A DNA stretch of 32,000 nucleotides from Halalkalibacterium halodurans (GTDB taxonomy: Bacteria; Bacillota; Bacilli; Bacillales; Bacillaceae_D): assembly GCF_004376175.1 (NCBI RefSeq), contig NZ_SNUY01000001.1, forward strand, positions 30,001 through 62,000, read 5' to 3'. The position numbers and the translations under genes are program-made. Shown in pieces: positions 18,060-25,975 of the stretch (positions are counted from its first letter, which is position 1; each line of letters starts with the position of its first letter). The notes under the pieces were generated by a model, which made no database searches, had not been told where the DNA came from, and worked only from the letters and a program-made list of their open reading frames with translations.

Positions 18060-18134
18060 TTATACAGCAAAAAAGATCATATAGATGACACCTGCAATAA
18101 AAAACGCCGCACAGCAAGCATAGAGGATTTTCAT
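18060..18134 (-). CDS. Candidate 24-aa hydrophobic small protein
   Basis: The ORF is below the track cutoff. GGTGGAG lies 6 nt before the ATG, and the product is MKILYACCAAFFIAGVIYMIFFAV, consistent with one TM helix. It lies 30 nt after the yshE stop and before the 17965-17998 hairpin. Confidence 0.3.
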   Translation of the reverse strand: MKILYACCAAFFIAGVIYMIFFAV

Positions 18135-18164
18135 TAGTAACTCCACCGTTTGTTCGCTCCCCTC

Positions 18165-18572
18165 TTAACCTAAGCTAGCTCCGATAACATACGATAGCCC
18201 GACAGAAAGCACCATTGCAATGAATCCGACGGCCTTGTTTCCATTTTTGATCTCTTCATCTACTTTAAAGCTTGGGGTCAAAAACTCAAACATAAAATAC
18301 CCAAGGAGTAGAAGCAAAAAACCTACAGTGCCCCAGCTAAGCATAACGAGTAACGTATCTGCTTGCTCTATCGAATGGCGAAAGATGTTGGCCACGCCAA
18401 AAATTTTTCCACCAGTTGCCATCGCCACTGCCACGTTTCCCCGTTTAATCTCTTCCCAGTTTTTATATTTTGTAACCGATTCAAAAATGGCTAAAAACAC
18501 GATGAGGGCGAGTACGGCAACGCTATATGCTCCGGCCACCCGCACAATCTCATGTTCAAATAATCCTTCCAA
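18165..18572 (-). CDS. DUF350-family small membrane protein (YshE-like)
   Basis: The 135-aa product has about four TM segments and lies immediately downstream of mutS2, as yshE does in B. subtilis. Confidence 0.75.
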   Translation of the reverse strand: MEGLFEHEIVRVAGAYSVAVLALIVFLAIFESVTKYKNWEEIKRGNVAVAMATGGKIFGVANIFRHSIEQADTLLVMLSWGTVGFLLLLLGYFMFEFLTPSFKVDEEIKNGNKAVGFIAMVLSVGLSYVIGASLG

Positions 18573-18596
18573 TCCTCTCGCCTCTTTTCTCGTCGA

Positions 18597-20954
18597 TCAT
18601 CGCAATTCGACGACGGTATTCCCGAGCCCGCCTTCATTTGCCCCGCCATCCCTTGCTGATTTGACATGAGGATGACGCTTCAGGAGGTCCTTCACACCTT
18701 TTCGTAACGCACCTGTACCTTTTCCGTGAATGATGGAGACTGATGCGTATCCTGCTAACAACGCGTCATCTAAATATTTTTCCACCTTGAGCATCGCTTC
18801 TTCGTAACGCTCCCCGCGAAGGTCAAGCTCAGGCTTGACGTGGTGATCACTTCCTCTTATCGTTGCTAATGGTTTCGTCTCGACAGGCTGTGGTCGATCA
18901 ATAAGTTGAAGATCACTTGCCTCCACCTTCATCTTCATGATCCCCATTTGCACTTGATATTCTGCTTCACTCACTTTTTCCACGATATGACCTTTTTGGC
19001 CGAAGCTAAGCACTTTTACTTCGTCACCTGGTTTGAATTCTCGTTTCTTCTCTGCTGTTCGTTTCACTTTTTTCTGCTGTTTTGTCAGCTTTGGCGCAGC
19101 CTCCTCCAAATGCTTTTTCGCATCGATGATTTGGTGCTCCTTCACTGAGACTCCTTGCTTTTGCAAATCACGGAGCTCGGAGATGATGACTTCGGCTTCC
19201 TCTTTCGCATCTTTCACCGCTTGCTCGGCTTGCTGTTCTGCTTCAGCTAAAATTCGCTCTTTTTCCTTTTCAAGATCATCTAATTTTTTCTGAAGATCGA
19301 GTCGGAGCTGTTCTGCCTCCTGTAAAGCTTTCTCGGCCTCTTCCCAGTCGCTTTCTGCTGATTTTTGACTTTGTTCGAGAGAAGCGATCATGCTTTCCAC
19401 TTGGCTTGCATCCTCATCAATATGTGCCTTCGCCTGCTCGATAATTTTCTCTTCTAATCCTAGTCGTTTTGAAATGGCAAACGCATTGCTTCGCCCAGGA
19501 ACCCCAATCAGCAAACGATAGGTTGGAGAAAGCGTTTCAACGTCAAATTCTACACTAGCGTTCATGACCCCTTCTCGATTATAGGCGTACCCTTTTAGCT
19601 CACTATAATGGGTAGTGGCAACAATACGTGCCCCGCGGCGGTACACGTCATCAAGGATAGCGATTGCGAGTGCCGCTCCTTCTGTCGGATCCGTTCCCGC
19701 ACCAAGTTCATCGAAGAGCACTAAGCTTTCATGATCTACCTTCCCTAAAATGTCAACGATGTTCGTCATGTGTGAGGAAAACGTGGACAAGCTTTGTTCA
19801 ATCGACTGCTCGTCCCCTATATCGGCAAACACATGTTTAAAAACTGCAAGCTCCGATTCTTCCTCCGCCGGTACGTGCAATCCAGATTGAGCCATGAGGG
19901 TTAACAGTCCGATTGTTTTGAGCGTAACCGTCTTTCCCCCGGTATTGGGTCCGGTAATGACAAGGGAGGAGTAAGAATGCCCGAGCTCTATATCGATTGG
20001 GACAATTTCGTCATCAGGGATGAGCGGGTGTCTCCCTTGCTTGATGAGCAAGTAGCCTCGGTTATTCAAAATGGGCTGTGTGGCGCGAATCGCCTTCCCA
20101 TAGTGTGCCCGTGCCATAATAAAATCCAACTCAGCAAGAACGTCTACATTGACGAACAGATCGTCCACGTGCTCCGACACTTGCATGGATAACTCGGATA
20201 AAATCCGCTCGATTTCTCGCTGCTCCTTTGCCTTCGCTTCCCTAAGCTGGTTGTTGATCTCGACAACCGCCTGAGGCTCAACAAACAATGTGGCACCTGA
20301 CGCCGATTGATCGTGGACGATCCCACCAAATGCCCCGCGATACTCCTGTTTCACTGGAATCACGTAGCGATCATTGCGAATCGTCACAATGGCATCGGAT
20401 AGCATTTTAGCTGTATTAGAGGAGCGTGTAATCCCCTCGAGCTTTGAGCGGACATTGGCCTCGAAACTACGGATTTGATGACGCAATGTTCGCAGCGTTG
20501 GACTAGCCGAGTCTAGAACGTGTCCATTATCATCAATACATTGCTTGATCGCTCGTTCCAAATCCGTAAGTGGGACGATTTGCCGAGCAAACTCCCCAAG
20601 CAAGGGAAGGTCGGCCTCCTCCTCCTCAATCATCGTCTCGATGAATTTTTTTAACTGCCGGCCGCCATAAATCGTGCTCGCTACCTCCAGTAGTTCTGAG
20701 GCATGCAGTAGGCCACCGATCTTTGCTCGTTTAAGGTGAGGTTTAATGTCAAAAATCCCACCGAGAGGAACATGTCCTTTAAGCCGTAGCATGTTGGCGC
20801 CTTCTTGAGTCTGTGCCTGCCAGAGCTTTACTTTATTAAAATCGGTTGACGGTGTTAATTGTTCAACCTTTTTCCGACCAAGGCTAGAAGAAACATGCTC
20901 CAGCAATTGCTTTTTCATTTTTTCATATTCTAATACGCGTAATACACGCTCCAT
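18597..20954 (-). CDS. mutS2: Endonuclease MutS2
   Basis: The product has Walker A GPNTGGKT, a long coiled-coil region and a C-terminal Smr domain ([11 protein letters not shown]...[14 protein letters not shown]). I moved the start from 21008 to ATG at 20954 ([10 protein letters not shown]...), which has a GAAAGGAG RBS. The resulting 785 aa matches the length I recall for B. subtilis MutS2. Confidence 0.93.
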   Translation of the reverse strand: MERVLRVLEYEKMKKQLLEHVSSSLGRKKVEQLTPSTDFNKVKLWQAQTQEGANMLRLKGHVPLGGIFDIKPHLKRAKIGGLLHASELLEVASTIYGGRQLKKFIETMIEEEEADLPLLGEFARQIVPLTDLERAIKQCIDDNGHVLDSASPTLRTLRHQIRSFEANVRSKLEGITRSSNTAKMLSDAIVTIRNDRYVIPVKQEYRGAFGGIVHDQSASGATLFVEPQAVVEINNQLREAKAKEQREIERILSELSMQVSEHVDDLFVNVDVLAELDFIMARAHYGKAIRATQPILNNRGYLLIKQGRHPLIPDDEIVPIDIELGHSYSSLVITGPNTGGKTVTLKTIGLLTLMAQSGLHVPAEEESELAVFKHVFADIGDEQSIEQSLSTFSSHMTNIVDILGKVDHESLVLFDELGAGTDPTEGAALAIAILDDVYRRGARIVATTHYSELKGYAYNREGVMNASVEFDVETLSPTYRLLIGVPGRSNAFAISKRLGLEEKIIEQAKAHIDEDASQVESMIASLEQSQKSAESDWEEAEKALQEAEQLRLDLQKKLDDLEKEKERILAEAEQQAEQAVKDAKEEAEVIISELRDLQKQGVSVKEHQIIDAKKHLEEAAPKLTKQQKKVKRTAEKKREFKPGDEVKVLSFGQKGHIVEKVSEAEYQVQMGIMKMKVEASDLQLIDRPQPVETKPLATIRGSDHHVKPELDLRGERYEEAMLKVEKYLDDALLAGYASVSIIHGKGTGALRKGVKDLLKRHPHVKSARDGGANEGGLGNTVVELR

Positions 20955-20977
20955 GTTGCTACTCCTTTCAAGTACAC

Positions 20978-22693
20978 CTATGGCTGGTGCCGTCGTAAAA
21001 AGGCGCAAAATCGTTCAAGGGGCCATGTGTTGATGACCGTTTCTGGACGAATAAGACCTTTTCTGGCAACCCCAACACCGTACTCCATATAAGAAAACGT
21101 TTCTTTTGTATGTGAATCCGTATTAATAGCCATAACAACGCCTTGCTCTTGTGCTTTTTTAAGCGCCTCAGAATTCAAATCCAACCGATTTGGATTAGCG
21201 TTTAATTCGAGGGCTGTGTTCGTCTCTTTCGCAAGCTCGATCAGCATGTCCACATCAACATCATAACCTTCCCGCCGGCCGATCAGTCTCCCAGTTGGGT
21301 GGGCAATGAGATCAACGTGATGATTCACAAGGGCTGTCTTCAGTCGGTCCATAATTTTTTCACGGGGCTGGGAAAAGGACGAATGAATGGAAGCAATGAC
21401 GAAATCTACTTCTGCCAATATGGGATCCTCATAATCGAGGGTGCCATCTGGCAAAATGTCCATTTCAATCCCAGTGAAAATCGTAAAATCATCATATCGC
21501 TCATTTAGTTTACGAATTTTTGCGTGTTGTTCTTTTAAACGTTCCTCCGATAAGCCATTTGCCACCCGCAAAAATTTCGAATGATCGGTGATCGCAATAT
21601 ATTCATACCCTCGTTGTCGAGCGGCTTCGGCCATTTCCTCAATCGAATGAGCCCCATCGCTCCATGTCGTATGCATGTGAAGGTCTGCGCGAATGTCTTC
21701 AAGGGTGACAAGAGCATGAGCCTCTTTAAACAGCTCCACCTCTCCTTGATCTTCGCGGGCTTCTGGCGGGATGTACGTTAATCCAAAATGTTTAAAAAAC
21801 GCCGATTCATCGGCAAAGGTTTTTACGTCCCCTGTCTCCGTGTTCTCCACCCCGTACTCGCTAATTTTTTCTCCACGGGCTTTCGCCAATTGCCGCATCT
21901 TCACGTTGTGCTCCTTAGATCCGGTAAAATGATGGAGCGTCGTCGCAAAGGCTTCGTCCTTAACGAGACGGAAATCAACGGAAATAGGATAGTCATATTT
22001 CAGTTCAACCGATACCTTTGTATCACCACTCGCAATCGTTTTGCCCATGTGCTTTAGCTGTAGCAGCTGTTCCCGCACGGCTTCTGGATCATCCGTGGAA
22101 ATGATGTAATCTAAATCTTTTACCGTCTCTCTCATCCGCCGCAAGCTCCCAGCACGTGAAAAGCGATGGATGCTGTCCATTTCCTTGAGCTGCGCTTCAA
22201 TCTCCACTGCAATTGGGAGGACAAAGGCAATAGGAAACCGTTCAGGCTTGTTCGATAATTCGGCAATCGCGGCTAAAATTTTTTCTTCAGACTTCTTCCC
22301 AAATCCGGCTAATTCGCGAACGTTTCCTTGCTCACATGCCTCCTTTAATGTAGCAAGATCAATCACCCCTAGCTCTTGATAAAGTTTGGCGATTTTTTTG
22401 CCACCCAAACTCGGAAGCTGGAGAAGCGGGATTAGGCCAGCTGGAACGCTTTCTTTTAATTCGTGCATAAGCGAGGATTCCCCAGTCTCTTTTAAGTCGA
22501 GAATCACTTCGGCCGTTCCTTTTCCGATTCCTTTTAACGTAGCCGGATCCTCGATCTCATCCAATGTTCGTTCATCTTGTTCGAGTGCAAGAGCCGCTTT
22601 TCGATAGGCGGATATTTTAAACGGGTTTTCCCCTTTAAGTTCCATATAAATGGCGATTCGTTCGAGTGTGCGAATCACATCTTTTTTGTTCAT
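20978..22693 (-). CDS. polX: DNA polymerase/3'-5' exonuclease PolX
   Basis: The product has an N-terminal Pol X HhH region ([20 protein letters not shown]) and a C-terminal PHP domain ([11 protein letters not shown]). The second ATG at 22693 ([11 protein letters not shown]...) has better RBS spacing than 22699 and matches the B. subtilis PolX N-terminus. Confidence 0.92.
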   Translation of the reverse strand: MNKKDVIRTLERIAIYMELKGENPFKISAYRKAALALEQDERTLDEIEDPATLKGIGKGTAEVILDLKETGESSLMHELKESVPAGLIPLLQLPSLGGKKIAKLYQELGVIDLATLKEACEQGNVRELAGFGKKSEEKILAAIAELSNKPERFPIAFVLPIAVEIEAQLKEMDSIHRFSRAGSLRRMRETVKDLDYIISTDDPEAVREQLLQLKHMGKTIASGDTKVSVELKYDYPISVDFRLVKDEAFATTLHHFTGSKEHNVKMRQLAKARGEKISEYGVENTETGDVKTFADESAFFKHFGLTYIPPEAREDQGEVELFKEAHALVTLEDIRADLHMHTTWSDGAHSIEEMAEAARQRGYEYIAITDHSKFLRVANGLSEERLKEQHAKIRKLNERYDDFTIFTGIEMDILPDGTLDYEDPILAEVDFVIASIHSSFSQPREKIMDRLKTALVNHHVDLIAHPTGRLIGRREGYDVDVDMLIELAKETNTALELNANPNRLDLNSEALKKAQEQGVVMAINTDSHTKETFSYMEYGVGVARKGLIRPETVINTWPLERFCAFLRRHQP

Positions 22694-22841
22694 CGTCATC
22701 GTCCTTTCTTTCCTCCTCCATGATACCGAGTTTGCCCTATCAAAATCAAACGTTGCTCTCCGTACTTATCCGAGTTTTTATTTAGAAAAACTCGGTTAGG
22801 GCTAATTCCTATGGTGAAAACCGTTGTGTTTCTTAAAGTGC

Positions 22842-22871
22842 AAAAAAACTTCTCTTTGTCGTAAAGAGAAG
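22842..22871 (-). terminator. Intrinsic terminator after cvpA
   Basis: Arms CTTCTCTTT (22849-22857) and AAAGAGAAG (22863-22871) form the hairpin. The minus-strand T-run corresponds to the A-run at 22842-22848. Confidence 0.8.
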
Positions 22872-22882
22872 TCCTATTCCAA

Positions 22883-23422
22883 TTACATTGGGTTGTTAAT
22901 CCACAAGTTGCGAATAAACTCAGATAAAAATGGTGTATGGTTCATGATAAACTGTGCGACTAACGACTGGTTTAAATGAGTTTGCACCGTCTCGATCGGC
23001 AGCAATGCACCAACATAGAGGAGAACAAACATAATTAAATACACTTCAACAAATCCGAGAATGCCCCCGAGCCACCCGTTAACCGAGCGCAATATCGGCA
23101 AATGGGTTAAAAAGTCAAGCATCGAGCCGACGATGTGCAATAATATCTTTGTTCCAATGAAAAGAAGGGCAAACGCAATTCCAGAATAATAGACATTTTC
23201 AAAGTTAAACGCTTCAATCAACATCGTCACAGGGCTGTCTGGTGAAAATTGAGGGTATGGAATCCATAAACGAATGTAGGTAGCAACTGGAGCATAGTAT
23301 TTGTAAGCTACAAAAAACGCAGCAACGAAGCCGAGGAGATGTACGAGCTGTAAAATCAATCCCCTCCGCTTTCCGATAAAAAAGCTACATAGCAAAATAA
23401 ACAATAAAATCACACTAAGCAT
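22883..23422 (-). CDS. CvpA-family membrane protein (YshB-like)
   Basis: The 179-aa product has four TM segments. It overlaps the zapA stop by 8 nt, and the zapA-cvpA pairing is conserved in Bacillus. Confidence 0.85.
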   Translation of the reverse strand: MLSVILLFILLCSFFIGKRRGLILQLVHLLGFVAAFFVAYKYYAPVATYIRLWIPYPQFSPDSPVTMLIEAFNFENVYYSGIAFALLFIGTKILLHIVGSMLDFLTHLPILRSVNGWLGGILGFVEVYLIMFVLLYVGALLPIETVQTHLNQSLVAQFIMNHTPFLSEFIRNLWINNPM

Positions 23423-23690
23423 TTTTTTCGTCTCCTGTTAATCTCTGCTGTTCTAAATAACGAATGTACTCTTCCAATTTTTTTAAATCATCCATCACAT
23501 TTACGGCCGTTAATACGGCTAGTCTCGTTGTATCTAAGTACGGATTAACCTTCCGTAGTTCACGCATTTTTGCATCAATTTCAGCGGCCACTTCTTTCAT
23601 GTATTCGGGACTATCATAGCCAGCAACCGTATACTGCTGTCCATAAATCGAGACGGTGGTACGCTGCTTTTCTCTTTGTCTCTCTTTCAC
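23415..23690 (-). CDS. zapA: Cell division protein ZapA
   Basis: TVSIYGQQYTV...PYLDTTRLAVLTAVNV resembles B. subtilis ZapA. The start is GTG at 23690, with AGGAGG 7 nt upstream. Confidence 0.88.
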   Translation of the reverse strand: MKERQREKQRTTVSIYGQQYTVAGYDSPEYMKEVAAEIDAKMRELRKVNPYLDTTRLAVLTAVNVMDDLKKLEEYIRYLEQQRLTGDEKNA

Positions 23691-23739
23691 CGAAAAGCCT
23701 CCTATTCGTCAAATCACACTATCAATAAATCTACATTCT

Positions 23740-23768
23740 ATCATAACACGAAGCGCTATGGATGAAAA
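23740..23768 (-). promoter_or_regulatory. Sigma-A-type zapA promoter candidate
   Basis: The minus strand reads TTTTCA (23768-23763), a 17-nt spacer, then TATGAT (23745-23740). Confidence 0.35.
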
Positions 23769-23842
23769 CAGACATTGTAAAAAGGTGACAAATTCCTTAG
23801 AACTTTGTCGCTTCAAGCTTCTTGCCCCCTTTTTTTTGCGAT

Positions 23843-23870
23843 TTGACATTTTTTGATAATGTTATAGAAT
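23843..23870 (+). promoter_or_regulatory. Near-consensus sigma-A promoter with no downstream plus-strand gene
   Basis: TTGACA (23843-23848), a 16-nt spacer, then TAGAAT (23865-23870). It faces away from zapA and into the non-coding IS relic. Confidence 0.45.
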
Positions 23871-23879
23871 GGATGGGCC

Positions 23880-24180
23880 CTTCGTCATGAATCGTAGCAC
23901 CCTTCCCTTAGGTTTTATATCGGCACGTTTAAAGGATTTTTTGGTAGCAAGTCATTATAAAAGCAAAGTTTTTTGTCAAATGTTGGCGTAGCATAGCAAA
24001 ATTGAAAGGATCATAGCGAAATACTTATCAACATATAGATACGGTCAAAATCCACATTGGCTTCGTGTATGGTCCACCTTTTCGTTCACACAATTCCCTA
24101 ATGATTTGTCCAATACTTTTCTTGATCTTACCATGAAGCGAGGATTTTTTTACCATGCTAAAAGCTTTCTGGAGCCCCTG
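23880..24180 (-). pseudogene. Degenerate IS200/IS605-family TnpA (Y1/HUH transposase) relic
   Basis: The minus-strand frame at 24156-24028 gives ...SLHGKIKKSIGQIIRELCERKG. A shifted frame at 24082-24011 gives TIHEANVDFDRIYMLISIS. As I recall it, Salmonella IS200 TnpA reads ...FYGEKRRAVGSILRKLCEWKNVRILEAECCADHIHMLLEIPP. The relic has frameshifts and stops, and the HUH motif (HIH) is replaced by RIY. Confidence 0.6.
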
Positions 24181-24202
24181 GTAGCCAGACCTTTCAAAAC
24201 CA

Positions 24203-24241
24203 ACAAAAACAGGCTAAGCGACTCTTAACTTTCGCTTAGCC
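24203..24241 (-). terminator. Terminator after the LysE-family gene (possibly the old IS200 left-end hairpin)
   Basis: Arms GGCTAAGCGA (24212-24221) and TCGCTTAGCC (24232-24241) form the hairpin. It is followed on the minus strand by TGTTTTTGTTGG and on the plus strand by CTTTTCTT. Confidence 0.75.
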
Positions 24242-24247
24242 CTTTTC

Positions 24248-24889
24248 TTAGCCACTGCTCATGAGTTGGAATATAACTGTCACTGCTTGGAAAGCAAAGC
24301 TGATCCCAAATCCGATTAGGACTAGGCCCGCCCCAATCGAAAGCCATTTGATAAATTTCTGATTCAAAAATTTCCGTCCGAAATGGACAGATGTGGCAAC
24401 CGTTAAATCCCACAACGCGATTCCAATAAAAATAAAACTACTATAAAGCAATGCGTAACTTGAATGTACATTCGTTAAAGTGGTGGTTAAAACCGAACCA
24501 TAAATTCCAACCCAGAAAACTATATTTAATGGATTAGAAATAGCAATTAAAAATCCAGATAAGAAACAACGCCACTTGCTTACTGATTGGATTCCGTCTG
24601 AAATGATGACATTTTTAAATGCATCTCTAATACTTTCATAGCCTAGATAGCTTAAAATAGCGAATCCAAAAACCCATAAGATAAATTGAGCTAATGGAGC
24701 CGTAAGAAAGCTTGAGATTCCTATATAAATTAGGATCATTAAAACAACGTCGGCCGACATTCCACCGAGTCCTACCGCCCAGGAATGCCAGAACCCACTT
24801 TTGATTCCCCTTTTGATCATTTCAACATTAATTGGCCCAACGGGTATAGAAAGAGCTAGGCCTAATACAATATAGCTTAGTAGATTCAT
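24248..24889 (-). CDS. LysE/ArgO-family amino-acid exporter
   Basis: The 213-aa product has six TM segments. Its N-terminal motif LALSIPVGPINVEMIKRGIKSGF resembles the ArgO/LysE P(L/V)GPQN...G(I/L) block. The ATG overlaps the upstream stop as ATGA. Confidence 0.8.
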   Translation of the reverse strand: MNLLSYIVLGLALSIPVGPINVEMIKRGIKSGFWHSWAVGLGGMSADVVLMILIYIGISSFLTAPLAQFILWVFGFAILSYLGYESIRDAFKNVIISDGIQSVSKWRCFLSGFLIAISNPLNIVFWVGIYGSVLTTTLTNVHSSYALLYSSFIFIGIALWDLTVATSVHFGRKFLNQKFIKWLSIGAGLVLIGFGISFAFQAVTVIFQLMSSG

Positions 24890-25650
24890 TGATTATTTTT
24901 TCTCCCTGTTATTGGACATCTCATTACACTTTCCTCATTTGTTTCAGGTAACACATATTGTTTCCACTCTCTGCTATCAGGGTCGCCGTAATCTCCGATA
25001 TCGGGATGACTAGCAATCTTATCATACTTTTTTAATCTCTCGCGAATTACTTCTCTTACTTTTCTACCCTTTGCTGTATCTCCTGTTATATCATCTAAAG
25101 TACCCCTGGGTTGCATCGTTATTTCTAACCCATAAGGTGTATAACGACTTTTTCGATCATTATAGAAAGGTTCACGACAAACTAAAAAAATGGGTTCGCC
25201 TGCAAAACAAAACTCCCATTTAGGATCGTTTGGATCGTTTGGTATATCTGGAGGCCAGACACTTGGATCATTGACATTTAAAAAATTGATTACATTCCAG
25301 AACTGTTTTTTATAGTCTTCTGAAACTCCACCTTCTATGGGTTTGAAAAATAATACAAGTGTTGTACGTTTTCCAATAGATCTATAACTTTTTATATATT
25401 CATAAACCGCATTTTTTACCCTATGTAACTCTTTTTCATCATAAGCTGACTCTGCAAAAATATAACGTATAAGTCCATTTTTTTCCGCTTCAACAGCAAA
25501 ATAACACGGATATGGCTCAGTTACATCTAGCAAAGAACGTCTAAAATCATAATATGTTCTTACCATCCATTCTTCTAATTCCCCATTCCCAATACAGTCA
25601 GCCAATTTTTCTTGATCTAACAAACAGCCAACTTTCAACAAAACAATCAA
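24886..25650 (-). CDS. YqcI/YcgG-family protein
   Basis: The blocks PYPCYFA, PKWEFCFAGEPIFLVC, RKSRYTP and DSREWKQYVLP match blocks I recall from B. subtilis YqcI (FPC, WEFCF, REWKQYFL). The start is uncertain. The TTG at 25650 abuts GGAG directly, whereas the TTG at 25641 has 9-nt spacing. Confidence 0.7.
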   Translation of the reverse strand: MIVLLKVGCLLDQEKLADCIGNGELEEWMVRTYYDFRRSLLDVTEPYPCYFAVEAEKNGLIRYIFAESAYDEKELHRVKNAVYEYIKSYRSIGKRTTLVLFFKPIEGGVSEDYKKQFWNVINFLNVNDPSVWPPDIPNDPNDPKWEFCFAGEPIFLVCREPFYNDRKSRYTPYGLEITMQPRGTLDDITGDTAKGRKVREVIRERLKKYDKIASHPDIGDYGDPDSREWKQYVLPETNEESVMRCPITGRKNNQ

Positions 25651-25685
25651 CTCCTATATATGATTAATATTGTTAATTAATCCAT

Positions 25686-25714
25686 ATTATATCTTTAATT
25701 TAAATTTTATTCAA
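25686..25714 (-). promoter_or_regulatory. Sigma-A-type promoter of the YqcI/YcgG-LysE cassette
   Basis: The minus strand reads TTGAAT (25714-25709), a 17-nt spacer, then TATAAT (25691-25686). It lies about 35 nt upstream of the start. Confidence 0.5.
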
Positions 25715-25933
25715 TATCATAATTCATAATCATTTATAATTATTAATCAAAGTAAGAGGATCTAATATTTAGATCTGTTCACAGCATCAAGGGAGAGGGT
25801 GTGCAATTTGAAGGTTGCTGTATAAAACAATTGCTGACTTGATATTATTAGGTTTCTCTTTTTTATTACTAAATTATACCATATATCAAAGGACTAACAC
25901 GATTTTGTCTCATCATTTAGTATCCATTCTTTC

Positions 25934-25961
25934 AAAAAAAGCCAGCCTGCAATGAGGCTGA
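25934..25961 (-). terminator. pheST operon terminator
   Basis: On the minus strand CAGCCT / AGGCTG forms the stem, followed by GCTTTTTTTG. It lies about 15 nt after the pheT stop. Confidence 0.8.
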
Positions 25962-25975
25962 CTCCTTCTCAATGA

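Noticed and set aside
18220-18669. A 149-aa plus-strand ORF antisense to the DUF350 gene and the mutS2 3' end
   Set aside because: It is a shadow frame of two well-supported minus-strand genes, with a Ser/Thr/Pro-rich product and no RBS.
22769-22794. The hairpin CCGAGTTTTT-ATTTAG-AAAAACTCGG between cvpA and polX, with a partial repeat CCGAGTTT at about 22725
   Set aside because: It has no flanking T-run on either strand, and the cvpA terminator is already accounted for at 22842-22871. It could be a polX leader structure, but I cannot support a function.
25759-25775. The palindrome GATCTAA-TAT-TTAGATC upstream of the YqcI/YcgG promoter, considered as a possible operator
   Set aside because: A single 7-bp inverted repeat in very AT-rich DNA is expected by chance. 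There is no second copy and no adjacent regulator gene in the window.
25799-25841. A 13-codon plus-strand ORF (GTG..., VQFEGCCIKQLLT) preceded by GGGAGAGGG in the AT-rich spacer
   Set aside because: It is too short to evaluate, the RBS abuts the start with only 1-nt spacing, and it has no terminator or partner gene on that strand. It is most likely chance.
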